A stretch of 64,000 nucleotides of DNA, from positions 96,001 through 160,000 of the forward strand of contig CAXWPJ010000012.1 in assembly GCA_963664115.2 (NCBI GenBank), written 5' to 3'. The first letter of the stretch is position 1. Every line of letters starts with the position of its first letter. Positions 19,409-28,676 of the stretch are shown in pieces. The notes below the pieces were generated by a model, which searched no databases, had not been told where the DNA came from, and saw only the letters and a list, made by a program, of their open reading frames with translations. The position numbers and the translations under genes are program-made. This DNA is from Terriglobia bacterium (GTDB taxonomy: Bacteria; Acidobacteriota; Terriglobia; 20CM-2-55-15).

Positions 19409-20098
19409 CTATCGAATGACATCCCCTGGAATGTCCAAGTTGAAAACGTCATTGGAAATGCGGCCGTTAAGCACGATGTCGGAATATTTCACGATCTGAT
19501 AGTCACCGCCGGCTTCGTTCAACCGGCTCTGTATGGGAATCCATCGGCTCTGATCGACCCACAATTGAATCGTGGGAAACATACCGGCAACGCGTTCGGA
19601 TTTCGGTTCAAGCTTCAAAATCGATGTTTGAATGCCATCCAGGATCTCCTCGCCTACAAGGACCACATCGTAATCGTCCCTGAGCCTCTGGTTCGAAGCT
19701 CCGAATCCAATCATCAGGAATTCCGCAACGTTCCCTCGCTCGCCGAGATCATGTTCCTCCAGAACATTGATCCGAGGACGGTACAGTTGCGCCTTGCCGT
19801 CGGCTACAAGCAAGTGCTGTTCAGCCGGTTCGCTGATGCTGAGTCGAATGCGGCTGTCTTCGCCGGTCCCAGCAAAATACACTTTGCCGGAGTCCGTGCT
19901 GCGGACGTTGACAAAAATTACAACCTTGGTGCGCTCGATGTCGGCCTCGAGATTACGAAATGCCCGGCCGGCCAAGTCCATGTGTTCCAACACCGCGTCC
20001 AGACCGGTGCCGGCCTGGGCGCCCGGACCGGTCTGAGGAAAGGCCAGGGGGCTCCCGAACAGGGACACCAGGGTCAATAACCACAACAGGGATTTCAT
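19409..20098 (-). CDS. LolA-like periplasmic lipoprotein carrier
   Basis: Signal peptide, LEADIERTK..SGKVYF, LLVADGKAQLYRP, LKLEPK, IQLWVD..WIP LolA-fold pattern; ATG overlaps the upstream stop. Confidence 0.78.
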   Translation of the reverse strand: MKSLLWLLTLVSLFGSPLAFPQTGPGAQAGTGLDAVLEHMDLAGRAFRNLEADIERTKVVIFVNVRSTDSGKVYFAGTGEDSRIRLSISEPAEQHLLVADGKAQLYRPRINVLEEHDLGERGNVAEFLMIGFGASNQRLRDDYDVVLVGEEILDGIQTSILKLEPKSERVAGMFPTIQLWVDQSRWIPIQSRLNEAGGDYQIVKYSDIVLNGRISNDVFNLDIPGDVIR

Positions 20099-20460
20099 TG
20101 CTGCACTACCCAAAACGAATACGCCGCGATGGTGCCGCGGGTATTGTCTATGGGCTCAGTCCGGTAGATGTCTATGGGTTCGTCCGATTGAAGAAACGCC
20201 TGCAGGGTGTCGCGTGCCTCCAGTTCCAGTCTTGGGGACGGATTCGCAAAGATCCTCGCATTGACCTGAACCATATAGACCACGTTCCCGTCATCGTCGA
20301 GAACCCTTTGAACCTCGTCCGGGGGAGACAATCTTCTGAAGTCGGGACGGTCGTTGAAAGCAACCTGAGGAATCATAAAAATGGCAATCAGAATCAGTCC
20401 GCACAGGACGTCGTACTGAAAGGAACCGCGACCAAATTTCCAGATGATCCAGCTTTTCAT
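20095..20460 (-). CDS. Small membrane-anchored hypothetical protein
   Basis: RGSFQYDVLCGLILIAIF TM segment; tightly packed between the ABC ATPase and the LolA-like gene. Confidence 0.72.
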   Translation of the reverse strand: MKSWIIWKFGRGSFQYDVLCGLILIAIFMIPQVAFNDRPDFRRLSPPDEVQRVLDDDGNVVYMVQVNARIFANPSPRLELEARDTLQAFLQSDEPIDIYRTEPIDNTRGTIAAYSFWVVQQ

Positions 20461-20464
20461 CTGC

Positions 20465-21211
20465 TTAACCCTCCGCTGTTACAGTCTGAGACACCAGACT
20501 GGCATCCGTACTCTTGTCACTGGACCCTCCACCTCTGCCATCACTATGAACCGTGCCATCCCGCATCTCGATGATTCGATCCGCATGAGCGGCAAGATCG
20601 GGGTTGTGGGTCACGATAATGATCGTCTGACCCATGCGCCGGTTCAACTCGCGAAACATGGTCAGGACGATCTCGGAGTTTTTCGAATCCAGGTTTCCCG
20701 TGGGTTCGTCCGCCAGAATGATCGCGGGTTCCTTCACAACAGCCCGGGCGATCGCGACCCTCTGTTGTTCCCCACCCGACAATTCTGCAGGACGACGGTC
20801 CATATTGTCTTCCAGTTTGAGCAAATTAAGGATTTTCGAAAGCCGGGTGTCGACCGCAATATCTCCATGATCTCCATGAATTCTCCTGGCAATCTCAATG
20901 TTCGCACGCGCGGTCAGGGTTGGCAAAAGATTGTACTTCTGAAAGACAAAGCCGACTTTGTCCCGCCGAAACGCTGTCCGCGCGGAATCGTTCATCTCCG
21001 CAATCTCCTGGCCGGCAATCAGCACCTGACCCCCGGTAGGATGGGTCATCGCACCCAGGATGTGCATCAGGGACGACTTGCCGCAACCCGACGGTCCCAT
21101 GATTGCCACCATCTCACCCGCATCTACGCGAATGCTCACGCCGCAGAGGGCCGCGACTTCAATCTTCCCTGACCGGTATACCTTCGTTAAATCAATAGTT
21201 TCCAACAACAT
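20465..21211 (-). CDS. LolD/MacB-type ABC ATPase
   Basis: [43 protein letters not shown]. Confidence 0.93.
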   Translation of the reverse strand: MLLETIDLTKVYRSGKIEVAALCGVSIRVDAGEMVAIMGPSGCGKSSLMHILGAMTHPTGGQVLIAGQEIAEMNDSARTAFRRDKVGFVFQKYNLLPTLTARANIEIARRIHGDHGDIAVDTRLSKILNLLKLEDNMDRRPAELSGGEQQRVAIARAVVKEPAIILADEPTGNLDSKNSEIVLTMFRELNRRMGQTIIIVTHNPDLAAHADRIIEMRDGTVHSDGRGGGSSDKSTDASLVSQTVTAEG

Positions 21212-21261
21212 ACGTCTTCTCTTAACTCAAACCTCAAACGGCTTGAGTTGTACCACCTTAG

Positions 21262-22362
21262 CTATTCATAGGCGAGAGCTTCAACCGGATCCTGACTCGC
21301 TGCACGGAGGGAGGGGTAGATCGCGCCAAGGATGCCGCTGACCAGGGCTAGACCAATGGCCTGAAGAATCCAGTCGGTCGGGATCACAATCGCAAGCGTG
21401 GGATAGGCACGTTGGACCGTGTCGGCGACCACGAAGCTCAGTCCGATACCAATAAGTGTGCCGGCAACGCACAACCAGAGGGTCTCCGTGAGGATCATCC
21501 GAACGACATAACGCTTCGAGGCCCCGAGCGATCGCAGAATACCAATTTCACGGGTCCGTTCGCTGATCGTCGTGTACATCGAAAGAAATATGACAAGCAC
21601 TCCGATGGAAACCGCAAGCGACAGCACAACGGTCAGAAACGCGTCAAGCGCAGGCACGCTGGTGTTGCTCATCAACGAAACCATGTCCCGAACCGGAATT
21701 GCAGGGTAGGTCGGCAGCATCGCCTCCAGTTGATCAACCATCGCATAGGTGTCGTCGGGGTCATCGAGTTTGATGTAAAACAGCGAAGCTCTATCGGGGG
21801 CTCCCATCATTTCCTGGGCTGTGGCCAGATCCATGTACAGCCGGGCGCCTTTGCCGTTATCCACAACGCCGGACACTTCAAAACGATGGTTCAGTATCGA
21901 GATCTCGTCTCCGACACCGATGCCTTTGGCTTCTGCGTAAAGATCGTCGATCAAGATCTCATCGCTCGACTGGAAAATACGGCCGTCAATATAGGAAAAA
22001 CCACCGCCAAGGGCACCGAAGCTGTCTTCGTCAATCCCGAAGACGATGTCCAGACCACCCTGGGAATTGAATTGAGTCACGACTGGAGCAACCGACGCTA
22101 TCCCCTCGACCTCGGTCAACCGTTCGCCAATGGCAACCGGCATCACCGAGCTGTTCAATCCCAGGAACACCGATGAGCCGGGCGCCTGAAGCATAATTTC
22201 CGCTCCAACTCCCTGCGCACGCTCCCCGATATCGATCTTGATTCCGGTCACCAGGCCTACGATCAGAAGGATGAGCGCGACCTCGACAGAGACAGCGACA
22301 ATGCTGACCGCGGTCCTGACGGGCCGGTGGGCGAGGTTGGCGAAAATAATTTCCTTGGTCAA
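21262..22362 (-). CDS. FtsX/MacB/LolE-like type VII ABC permease
   Basis: N-terminal TM, periplasmic domain, ERTREIGILRSLGA, YPSLRAASQDPVEALAYE. Confidence 0.9.
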   Translation of the reverse strand: MTKEIIFANLAHRPVRTAVSIVAVSVEVALILLIVGLVTGIKIDIGERAQGVGAEIMLQAPGSSVFLGLNSSVMPVAIGERLTEVEGIASVAPVVTQFNSQGGLDIVFGIDEDSFGALGGGFSYIDGRIFQSSDEILIDDLYAEAKGIGVGDEISILNHRFEVSGVVDNGKGARLYMDLATAQEMMGAPDRASLFYIKLDDPDDTYAMVDQLEAMLPTYPAIPVRDMVSLMSNTSVPALDAFLTVVLSLAVSIGVLVIFLSMYTTISERTREIGILRSLGASKRYVVRMILTETLWLCVAGTLIGIGLSFVVADTVQRAYPTLAIVIPTDWILQAIGLALVSGILGAIYPSLRAASQDPVEALAYE

Positions 22363-22400
22363 GGAAACCTCAGCGATCGGTCTTCAGGCATAGTCACGAT

Positions 22401-23312
22401 TCAATCCAATTGATCCGGTTCGGCGTCACTTATCTCGATCAGCTCCGCGCCTCGGGGAACCTCGACCATAAATGCGCTTTCCTCGATGGGCGTATTCAGT
22501 TGGGTACTGTCAAAGTTGATTTCCAGCGAATAATCTTCGGCAGGCCGTTCGATCAGAATTCGCTGCGGGAAACTTATGCCGTCTATATCCTGGTAGAGAT
22601 CGTAGGCCACGTCGGTCTCGCGGACCCCTTCGAGTCCAAAACTCTGTTTCCTCGAAACCCTAAGGTCTCTTCGATCGATCCATAGCTTTTCGATTACCTG
22701 AGGCGCATCACCAGCGCTGTCGACGAACTCAAAGACATAGAAACTGCGGCGGCCATCGACGGCTTCATAGAAGACTGGTATTACGTTCGAGCTATCGACA
22801 TACTGGGCAACGTCCACGAAAAGGGCATCCATGATGTGCTGAGGCCTGAGATTCAGTATGGCGTTTTCCGCAGTGGCCTGGGTCGAGGTATCGCCGACGA
22901 ACACACGGTTTTGAACCGGCACGTTGAGTTGAAACCGCTCGCCGTCAGACACCATATCAAACACGGTTACCAGCGCCAGCGGGGCCTCTCCCCGCATCCG
23001 GATACGGGACGGCCTCTCCACGACAAGAAAACCTCGGGTCTCCCGATATACGGTTTCCTCCCCCCGGGTCAGCACCCCTGCAGAAGCAGTGAAGTTGACT
23101 GCCGCCGTCAGGGTACTCACAGATCTACTGATTTCTTCAAGGTTTTGGAGCAACTCCCCTCGCGAGGCATCCAGTGAAGGAAACGGGAGTTCTTCGGTCG
23201 GGACAACCCTCGTTCGAGAAACACCACAACCCGTCAACAGGAGAACCACGCTCAGCCCGATCAACTTGAACGATCCCGTAAAACCGGCAGGTCTTGAAAC
23301 CGTACTCCGCAA
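22401..23312 (-). CDS. Lipoprotein with a probable LolA/LolB-like fold
   Basis: Likely TTG start at 23312 after GAGGAAA; lipobox LTGC; VERPSRIRM, VSDGERFQL, KLWIDR, FPQRILIERP beta pattern. Confidence 0.7.
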   Translation of the reverse strand: MRSTVSRPAGFTGSFKLIGLSVVLLLTGCGVSRTRVVPTEELPFPSLDASRGELLQNLEEISRSVSTLTAAVNFTASAGVLTRGEETVYRETRGFLVVERPSRIRMRGEAPLALVTVFDMVSDGERFQLNVPVQNRVFVGDTSTQATAENAILNLRPQHIMDALFVDVAQYVDSSNVIPVFYEAVDGRRSFYVFEFVDSAGDAPQVIEKLWIDRRDLRVSRKQSFGLEGVRETDVAYDLYQDIDGISFPQRILIERPAEDYSLEINFDSTQLNTPIEESAFMVEVPRGAELIEISDAEPDQLD

Positions 23313-23340
23313 TTTCCTCGATTCCCTCAAATTTCTATTC

Positions 23341-23949
23341 TTAGATTTCCTGGCTTGCCACTCGACGCCGGGAAAACACATAAAAAACAGTGGACACGAC
23401 GATAACGGCCGCAATACCTGCACCGATCTTTCCGAAATTCTGCTGGACAAAGGTGATCGCTGCGGCGCCGTACACAACGGCAAGAATGCCCTGGGAAAAG
23501 TAACGGATCCCGCGGCCGACCAGGACGGCAATCATGAAACGTGGCCAGGATATGCCGAACATTCCCGCTGAGAGAACAAATACCTTGAATGGTGTCGGCG
23601 GAGGCAAGAGCGACGGCACAACCACGGCAAGAATCCCGTAACGGCTATACCATGTGCGGACCCTCTCCAGGCGTCGTGCGGAAAAGCGCTTCCGGACCAG
23701 GGCTTCACCACCCCTTCGACCGACGGCATAGAGCATGGCACAACCAATGACCGAGCCCAGGGTTGTCAGTCCGGCATAGACCAACATCTGTTCCGGCGCC
23801 CGAATCGAGAACGTCATCAACAGGATGTCGTTCACTTCCGGCAGCGAGACGAACGATGAATCGCATATCGCCAGCAACATCAACCCGACACCACCGTAAG
23901 GTAGCAACGCCTGCTCCAGCCATTCGGAGATCGTACTGAATATTTCCAT
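23341..23949 (-). CDS. DedA/YqaA (VTT-domain) membrane protein
   Basis: DSSFVSLPE, GSVIG, LLPPPTPFKVFVLSAG, GRGIRY. Confidence 0.88.
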   Translation of the reverse strand: MEIFSTISEWLEQALLPYGGVGLMLLAICDSSFVSLPEVNDILLMTFSIRAPEQMLVYAGLTTLGSVIGCAMLYAVGRRGGEALVRKRFSARRLERVRTWYSRYGILAVVVPSLLPPPTPFKVFVLSAGMFGISWPRFMIAVLVGRGIRYFSQGILAVVYGAAAITFVQQNFGKIGAGIAAVIVVSTVFYVFSRRRVASQEI

Positions 23950-24248
23950 TTTGCGATCGAATTGGCAATCGAAGTGCCCGCCGCTGCTCCACCAAGGCCT
24001 TTACCTCAGACAGCCTCTGCGCTCTCACGAAGCAGGCTGCTATCTCGTACAAACCTTTTATTTTAGCACGTCCATTCCACGCCAGTCGGGCCTATTTGAG
24101 CGGTAGAGATCGGGCGGTTTATTCCGGATTCTTGTCCCAGCAGGCCCGCTTTTGACTTCTGACTTGTGGCGCAGATTTCCAAGCTTTCCAAATTTGGCTT
24201 GAAGTCGTGTAGACTGGCCCGGATATCAATTTCCGAAGGGGACTTACG

Positions 24249-24587
24249 ATGAAAAAGATCCTCTCTTTCGTTTTTATTGCAACTCTTCTCGCGAGCGCGC
24301 TCGCGCTCCCAACCCTGTCTCAAATCCGTGGAGGCCGGCGCTCGGAAACTGAGGCCCGGGTCCGTGCCGAAGCCCGGCAGGAACGGAGGGACGAGGCGCA
24401 GGAAGAGCTCAAGACCGCGACGAATGAACTGGAGACTCTCGCGAAAGTTTTGGTCGATGAGGTTGCCGCGTCTGACGGATACACGACCTCAATGCAGATT
24501 CTGGAAGCGAGTGGCCGAATCGAAGAACTCGCCAAACAGATCGAAGAACTCGCCAAGACGATCAATCGAAGGGCCCGGGGTCGCTAG
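24249..24587 (+). CDS. Secreted helical hypothetical protein
   Basis: RBS GAAGGGGA, Sec signal MKKILSFVFIATLLASALA, amphipathic helices. Confidence 0.72.
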   Translation: MKKILSFVFIATLLASALALPTLSQIRGGRRSETEARVRAEARQERRDEAQEELKTATNELETLAKVLVDEVAASDGYTTSMQILEASGRIEELAKQIEELAKTINRRARGR

Positions 24588-24847
24588 TACGGTCGAGGGA
24601 CAGAGACTTCGTCCCGGATCGATTCGTCGGGACAGGTCGGGGGCGGCAATGCGCGCCCCCTGACATTCAATCTTGCAACTGCCCACCAACCGGCTTCACT
24701 CCAAAGACCACCCTCCGCCACATCGTGATCCATCAGTGTAGGAATAAGGAAGACGATGATGGCGATTGTCGTCCATCTGATTTAATTGTTGGCTGCTCAC
24801 GCTGACCGAGCGGGGGGACACAACCAGGCGCTCTGTCAGCGCACAAC

Positions 24848-26098
24848 TCATTGAGTCAGCGTAAAGGGTGAAACGCTCGTAAAGACGGAAAAATCTGTCT
24901 TGAAACGCAAAGATACGACCGTCACTTCCACGTCGCTCGTGATCTGCATTGTACCGATATGACCGGTCGATTCGGCGAAAAGTTGGAAGACGAACTGGAA
25001 ATTGTGGTTCAGGGGAGCGAGCGTCGCCGTCTGCTCTGTCCCGACGATCTGGCCTTCTGGGTCGAGCAGCTTAAAAGTTATATTCGCCGTCTGAGTCGAG
25101 GACGGGTTTGCGTATGACACGGCTGTCAGGAATCCCTCCTCATCCACGAAAATCGCCTGCGACCTATCCGTGGACGAAGGAGGAAAGCTCGCCTCGGCAA
25201 CCACAGAAGAGCCTGAAAACTGAGAAACAATGGCGCTGCCCGTCACTGGAATGTCAGAAGCCACCGTTGCGAATCCTATGCCGATGTTGGACGAATCTGA
25301 GGTTGACACCAGCCGCCGGCTTTCCCCGCCTGCCAGTTGGAAGTCGATGGTCCCCGTGGCGAATTGCTGGTCCAGATTGTCCAGCAAACGTGGCACGAGC
25401 GGAATCCCTCCGAAATCCGCAAAGTCGCCGAAAGTAATCGTGCCAGTTGCAGGTGTGCTCGACGCACTGGGGTTCGTAATAAACAATGTCGTCTTAAAGC
25501 CACCGCCGTCCACAATTAGCGGAAAATAGAAGATTTCGTTCTGGGTAATTACCGTCGCAGCTGAAACAGTCACTTCGTCTGAGTAAATAAAATCTCCCGT
25601 TGAGCTTCCGCTGCCATTCGCCGCATTGCCTGCCACACTAAATCGGACGTCCCCGGTGGCACTGCTTGATGGTGAAGTCCAGTCGAAGGAAAACGTAGCA
25701 CTGCCGCTCCCCGCCTTTCCGAATGAGTGCTCGATTCCACCTAGAGGCCCCAGATCAAGCTTTGTGCCGCCACCGGCTGTGAACGAACCAGCCTCAGCCA
25801 CCGTCGAATCAACAGCAGTCATCTGGAAACCGAAAAGGCTCTGACCACTCTGGCTAACCGTGACTGTCAGTGGGTAAGTCGTGCTTGGACTCCACTGACT
25901 AGGCAGTCCACCTATATTTACGCCTCCACCAAAAGGGGGGTTCACCTGAAAGTCGTTGTGACAGCCCGATGTACTACAGGTCGTTCCAGTCACACCTGAA
26001 CGCTCACTGGGAGGCCCAGCAAAATTATTCCCCCAAACCATAGCTGCCCAGGCCAGCAGCAGCACCGAAGCAAAGAATGACAGTCGATTCAGAGACAT
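24848..26098 (-). CDS. Secreted protein: Reeler-like N-domain with a CxxxxCH motif plus a beta-sandwich repeat domain
   Basis: Signal peptide, TCSTSGCH, FGFQMTA, FSFDWTSP, AGNAANG..GDFIY; C-domain FPLIVDGGGFKTTLFITNP. Confidence 0.75.
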   Translation of the reverse strand: MSLNRLSFFASVLLLAWAAMVWGNNFAGPPSERSGVTGTTCSTSGCHNDFQVNPPFGGGVNIGGLPSQWSPSTTYPLTVTVSQSGQSLFGFQMTAVDSTVAEAGSFTAGGGTKLDLGPLGGIEHSFGKAGSGSATFSFDWTSPSSSATGDVRFSVAGNAANGSGSSTGDFIYSDEVTVSAATVITQNEIFYFPLIVDGGGFKTTLFITNPSASSTPATGTITFGDFADFGGIPLVPRLLDNLDQQFATGTIDFQLAGGESRRLVSTSDSSNIGIGFATVASDIPVTGSAIVSQFSGSSVVAEASFPPSSTDRSQAIFVDEEGFLTAVSYANPSSTQTANITFKLLDPEGQIVGTEQTATLAPLNHNFQFVFQLFAESTGHIGTMQITSDVEVTVVSLRFKTDFSVFTSVSPFTLTQ

Positions 26099-26190
26099 TC
26101 AGCACTTCCTCCATTTCCACCAAGAGACCCATTCCACAGGTCAAGGGACTAACGGGAAATTAAATTTCCTCTTGTTTCAACCCGAATTCT

Positions 26191-27720
26191 CTACTCCAAC
26201 ACCAAATCGACGGGACTTCCATCCATAGCAAAGAAACGCATGATGCCGGTGGTCACTTGCCCGGCATGACCACTAAACAGGATGGTCTGGGTCGTCCAGC
26301 CCCCACCGTCGACCAGCTGAAAGAATAACTCTGCAGTCGTCGTTACACCCGCCTCATTGGTCGCTTTCATCGCTGTCATCAGGGCGTTTTCGCGCTCGTT
26401 CATTCGGCTTCGAAGCCCGACGACGGCAATCGTATCGAGTGAGCTCACCTTCAAGACACCCTTGAGAGGGGAAGGGAGTACGTCCGAGGCAAACGCGTCA
26501 TTCAAAAAGATCGCCTGTTGCCCCGATGCAGGAACCACCCGTTCTGTAACGGCGACCAGAGAACCGTCTAGGCGGGTCAATTCCAGAGTCACCGTCGTCG
26601 GCTCAAAAGCGATGTTTGCGACGGCAACACCGGACTGAACGGAACCGATACTGCCGGGTTCACCGGAGCTTTCCACATACATCCTGAACGCATTCCCTGT
26701 TTCAGAAGGCGCTATGGTCGCTTCGGATATGGTCGTGAGCTCGCTGTCTTGAATGCCAATAACGATTTGGGCAATCGGAGCGATATTCCCTTCATCGGGA
26801 ACGACACGAAACGAACCCAACTCTACAAACGGACTCGGGTTTGTCGTAACGAACTCCGTGAAGCCGCGGGCACTGAGGGAGTAATCCTGTGTCGTCAGTG
26901 AAAGTCCGTTCAATGGTGTGGGTGTCGTAAGTCCCGGCGACACGGGGTCGACAGTGCCCTGGGTGATGAATCCGACTCTTCCAGCAATCGTTTCGTCCGT
27001 CGGATTGACTAAAATCACCCGCGACGACCAGGCCCCACCCGTAACAAAATGAGGTAGAAACACGGTCTCCGTCGAAGTCCGCGTGAGATCGGATACCGGC
27101 ATACTGCTGAAGACAAAATCGCCATTCGAAGCGAGCGACAGTCTCAATGCCACTACCGACACGGGGAGCGTCGAGGTTAAGGTCAGAGCACCCTTAGTTC
27201 CCGTCGCCAAATTGAAGGGATCTTCGGAAATGAACCGGGCAGTCTGTCGGTTTGCCCCAATCGTAAACGATCCCGAAGCAACATCAGTCGGGAGCTGGCG
27301 CGAGTCCGAAAAAACAAAGTCAATCCGCACGTCTCCGTCGTTTGGATTGACGATTGCGAGGACTGTGTTAAGGATATTGGTGGTGAACGTTACAAACACG
27401 CGCCCCGATGTCAGAAGGGGTGCCTCCCCAATCCCGGTTTCCGTCAAGAGCTCACCGTCCGAATTCCGGAAACTGATCATCTCGAAACCCGACGGCGTTG
27501 TGCCCAAGGCATCGGGTTGGATGCGCGCATGCGTCACTGACGCTTCCGAGTCGTTTCCACTTGTGATCAGGGAAACCCCTCCACGATCACTTACTGAGTA
27601 GGGACGCTCGGAACTGCCCGCCTGCGGCATCGGTACCATTGGCACCACGCCCCACAGCAGTGTGCTTCCACCCAAAAAAACGACGGATATCAAAACAACT
27701 ATTCGATTCGCAACCACCAC
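26191..27720 (-). CDS. Secreted beta-rich repeat protein
   Basis: Signal peptide; repeats TVLAIVNP / SRVILVNP / GVAVANI and FLPHFVTGGAW / FFQLVDGGGW. Confidence 0.75.
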   Translation of the reverse strand: MVVANRIVVLISVVFLGGSTLLWGVVPMVPMPQAGSSERPYSVSDRGGVSLITSGNDSEASVTHARIQPDALGTTPSGFEMISFRNSDGELLTETGIGEAPLLTSGRVFVTFTTNILNTVLAIVNPNDGDVRIDFVFSDSRQLPTDVASGSFTIGANRQTARFISEDPFNLATGTKGALTLTSTLPVSVVALRLSLASNGDFVFSSMPVSDLTRTSTETVFLPHFVTGGAWSSRVILVNPTDETIAGRVGFITQGTVDPVSPGLTTPTPLNGLSLTTQDYSLSARGFTEFVTTNPSPFVELGSFRVVPDEGNIAPIAQIVIGIQDSELTTISEATIAPSETGNAFRMYVESSGEPGSIGSVQSGVAVANIAFEPTTVTLELTRLDGSLVAVTERVVPASGQQAIFLNDAFASDVLPSPLKGVLKVSSLDTIAVVGLRSRMNERENALMTAMKATNEAGVTTTAELFFQLVDGGGWTTQTILFSGHAGQVTTGIMRFFAMDGSPVDLVLE

Positions 27721-27868
27721 CCATTCCCCCCTGAAATACTACGGATAATCGAAGATCCTTTATTTTTTCATACTCGGACCGCTCTCTGCCACATGCCACA
27801 ACCATCAACCATTTGGAATTCGTTGTGCGCGCATGGCTCGCACCTACAGAAGAAGTGTGGTCCTCGGC

Positions 27869-28573
27869 CTAGGATTTCATTGTCGGCCGCATCACGACTT
27901 CGCTGATAAAGCTGTTGGCTTCCTGGCCAACGAGCATCCGAACGGCATGGGCCACGTCTCCCGGTTGGAGAATTCGATCCCGGGACTTCCCCTTGAGGTC
28001 CTTAGGTGAAAACGTCGTGTTCGTCGAGCCCGGGCAAATCAAAGATACCCGAACCCCGTGCTCGCGCACTTCCTGCATAAGCGCTTCTGTAAAACCAACG
28101 ACACCGAACTTGGAAGCGCAATAGAGAGAACGGCCCGCCGAACCCACCTTACCGGCGATCGAAGCAATGTTGATAATCTGCCCCCGTTTTCGCTCGGTCA
28201 TGGTCCCCAGCACGGATCGACACATCAGAAAGATGCCTTTGAGGTTCGTGTCGATCACGCGATCGAAGTCGTCTTCACTGGCCTCGGTGGTCGCTCCAAA
28301 GTGGTAAACACCGGCAGAATTCACCAGAACGTCCACTGCTCCAAGTTTCCTTTCGGTCTCCGCGACGACTTGTCGGACTTCCGATTCAACGCGAAGATCG
28401 GCCGGAAAAACCATAGCATCAGGGACAGAGCGAGCGGTTTCTTCCAACTCGGACCGCGTCCGTGAAACCAGGGCGACACGCATTCCCAGCCGGCCCAGTT
28501 CCACTGCAATCGCGCGGCCGATTCCGCGGCCGGCTCCCGTCACTATTGCGACCTGATTTTCGAGAGAGACCAT
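27869..28573 (-). CDS. Short-chain dehydrogenase/reductase
   Basis: TGAGRGIG, NSAG, YCASK. Confidence 0.95.
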   Translation of the reverse strand: MVSLENQVAIVTGAGRGIGRAIAVELGRLGMRVALVSRTRSELEETARSVPDAMVFPADLRVESEVRQVVAETERKLGAVDVLVNSAGVYHFGATTEASEDDFDRVIDTNLKGIFLMCRSVLGTMTERKRGQIINIASIAGKVGSAGRSLYCASKFGVVGFTEALMQEVREHGVRVSLICPGSTNTTFSPKDLKGKSRDRILQPGDVAHAVRMLVGQEANSFISEVVMRPTMKS

Positions 28574-28676
28574 GAGTTAAATAAACCTGTTAATGAGACG
28601 TTGATAGGAGTTAAGAGTTAAAAGTTATGCGCTGAGTCCTTTCGCCCCCCGGCCCTCTTACTAACTGTTAAGGCTG

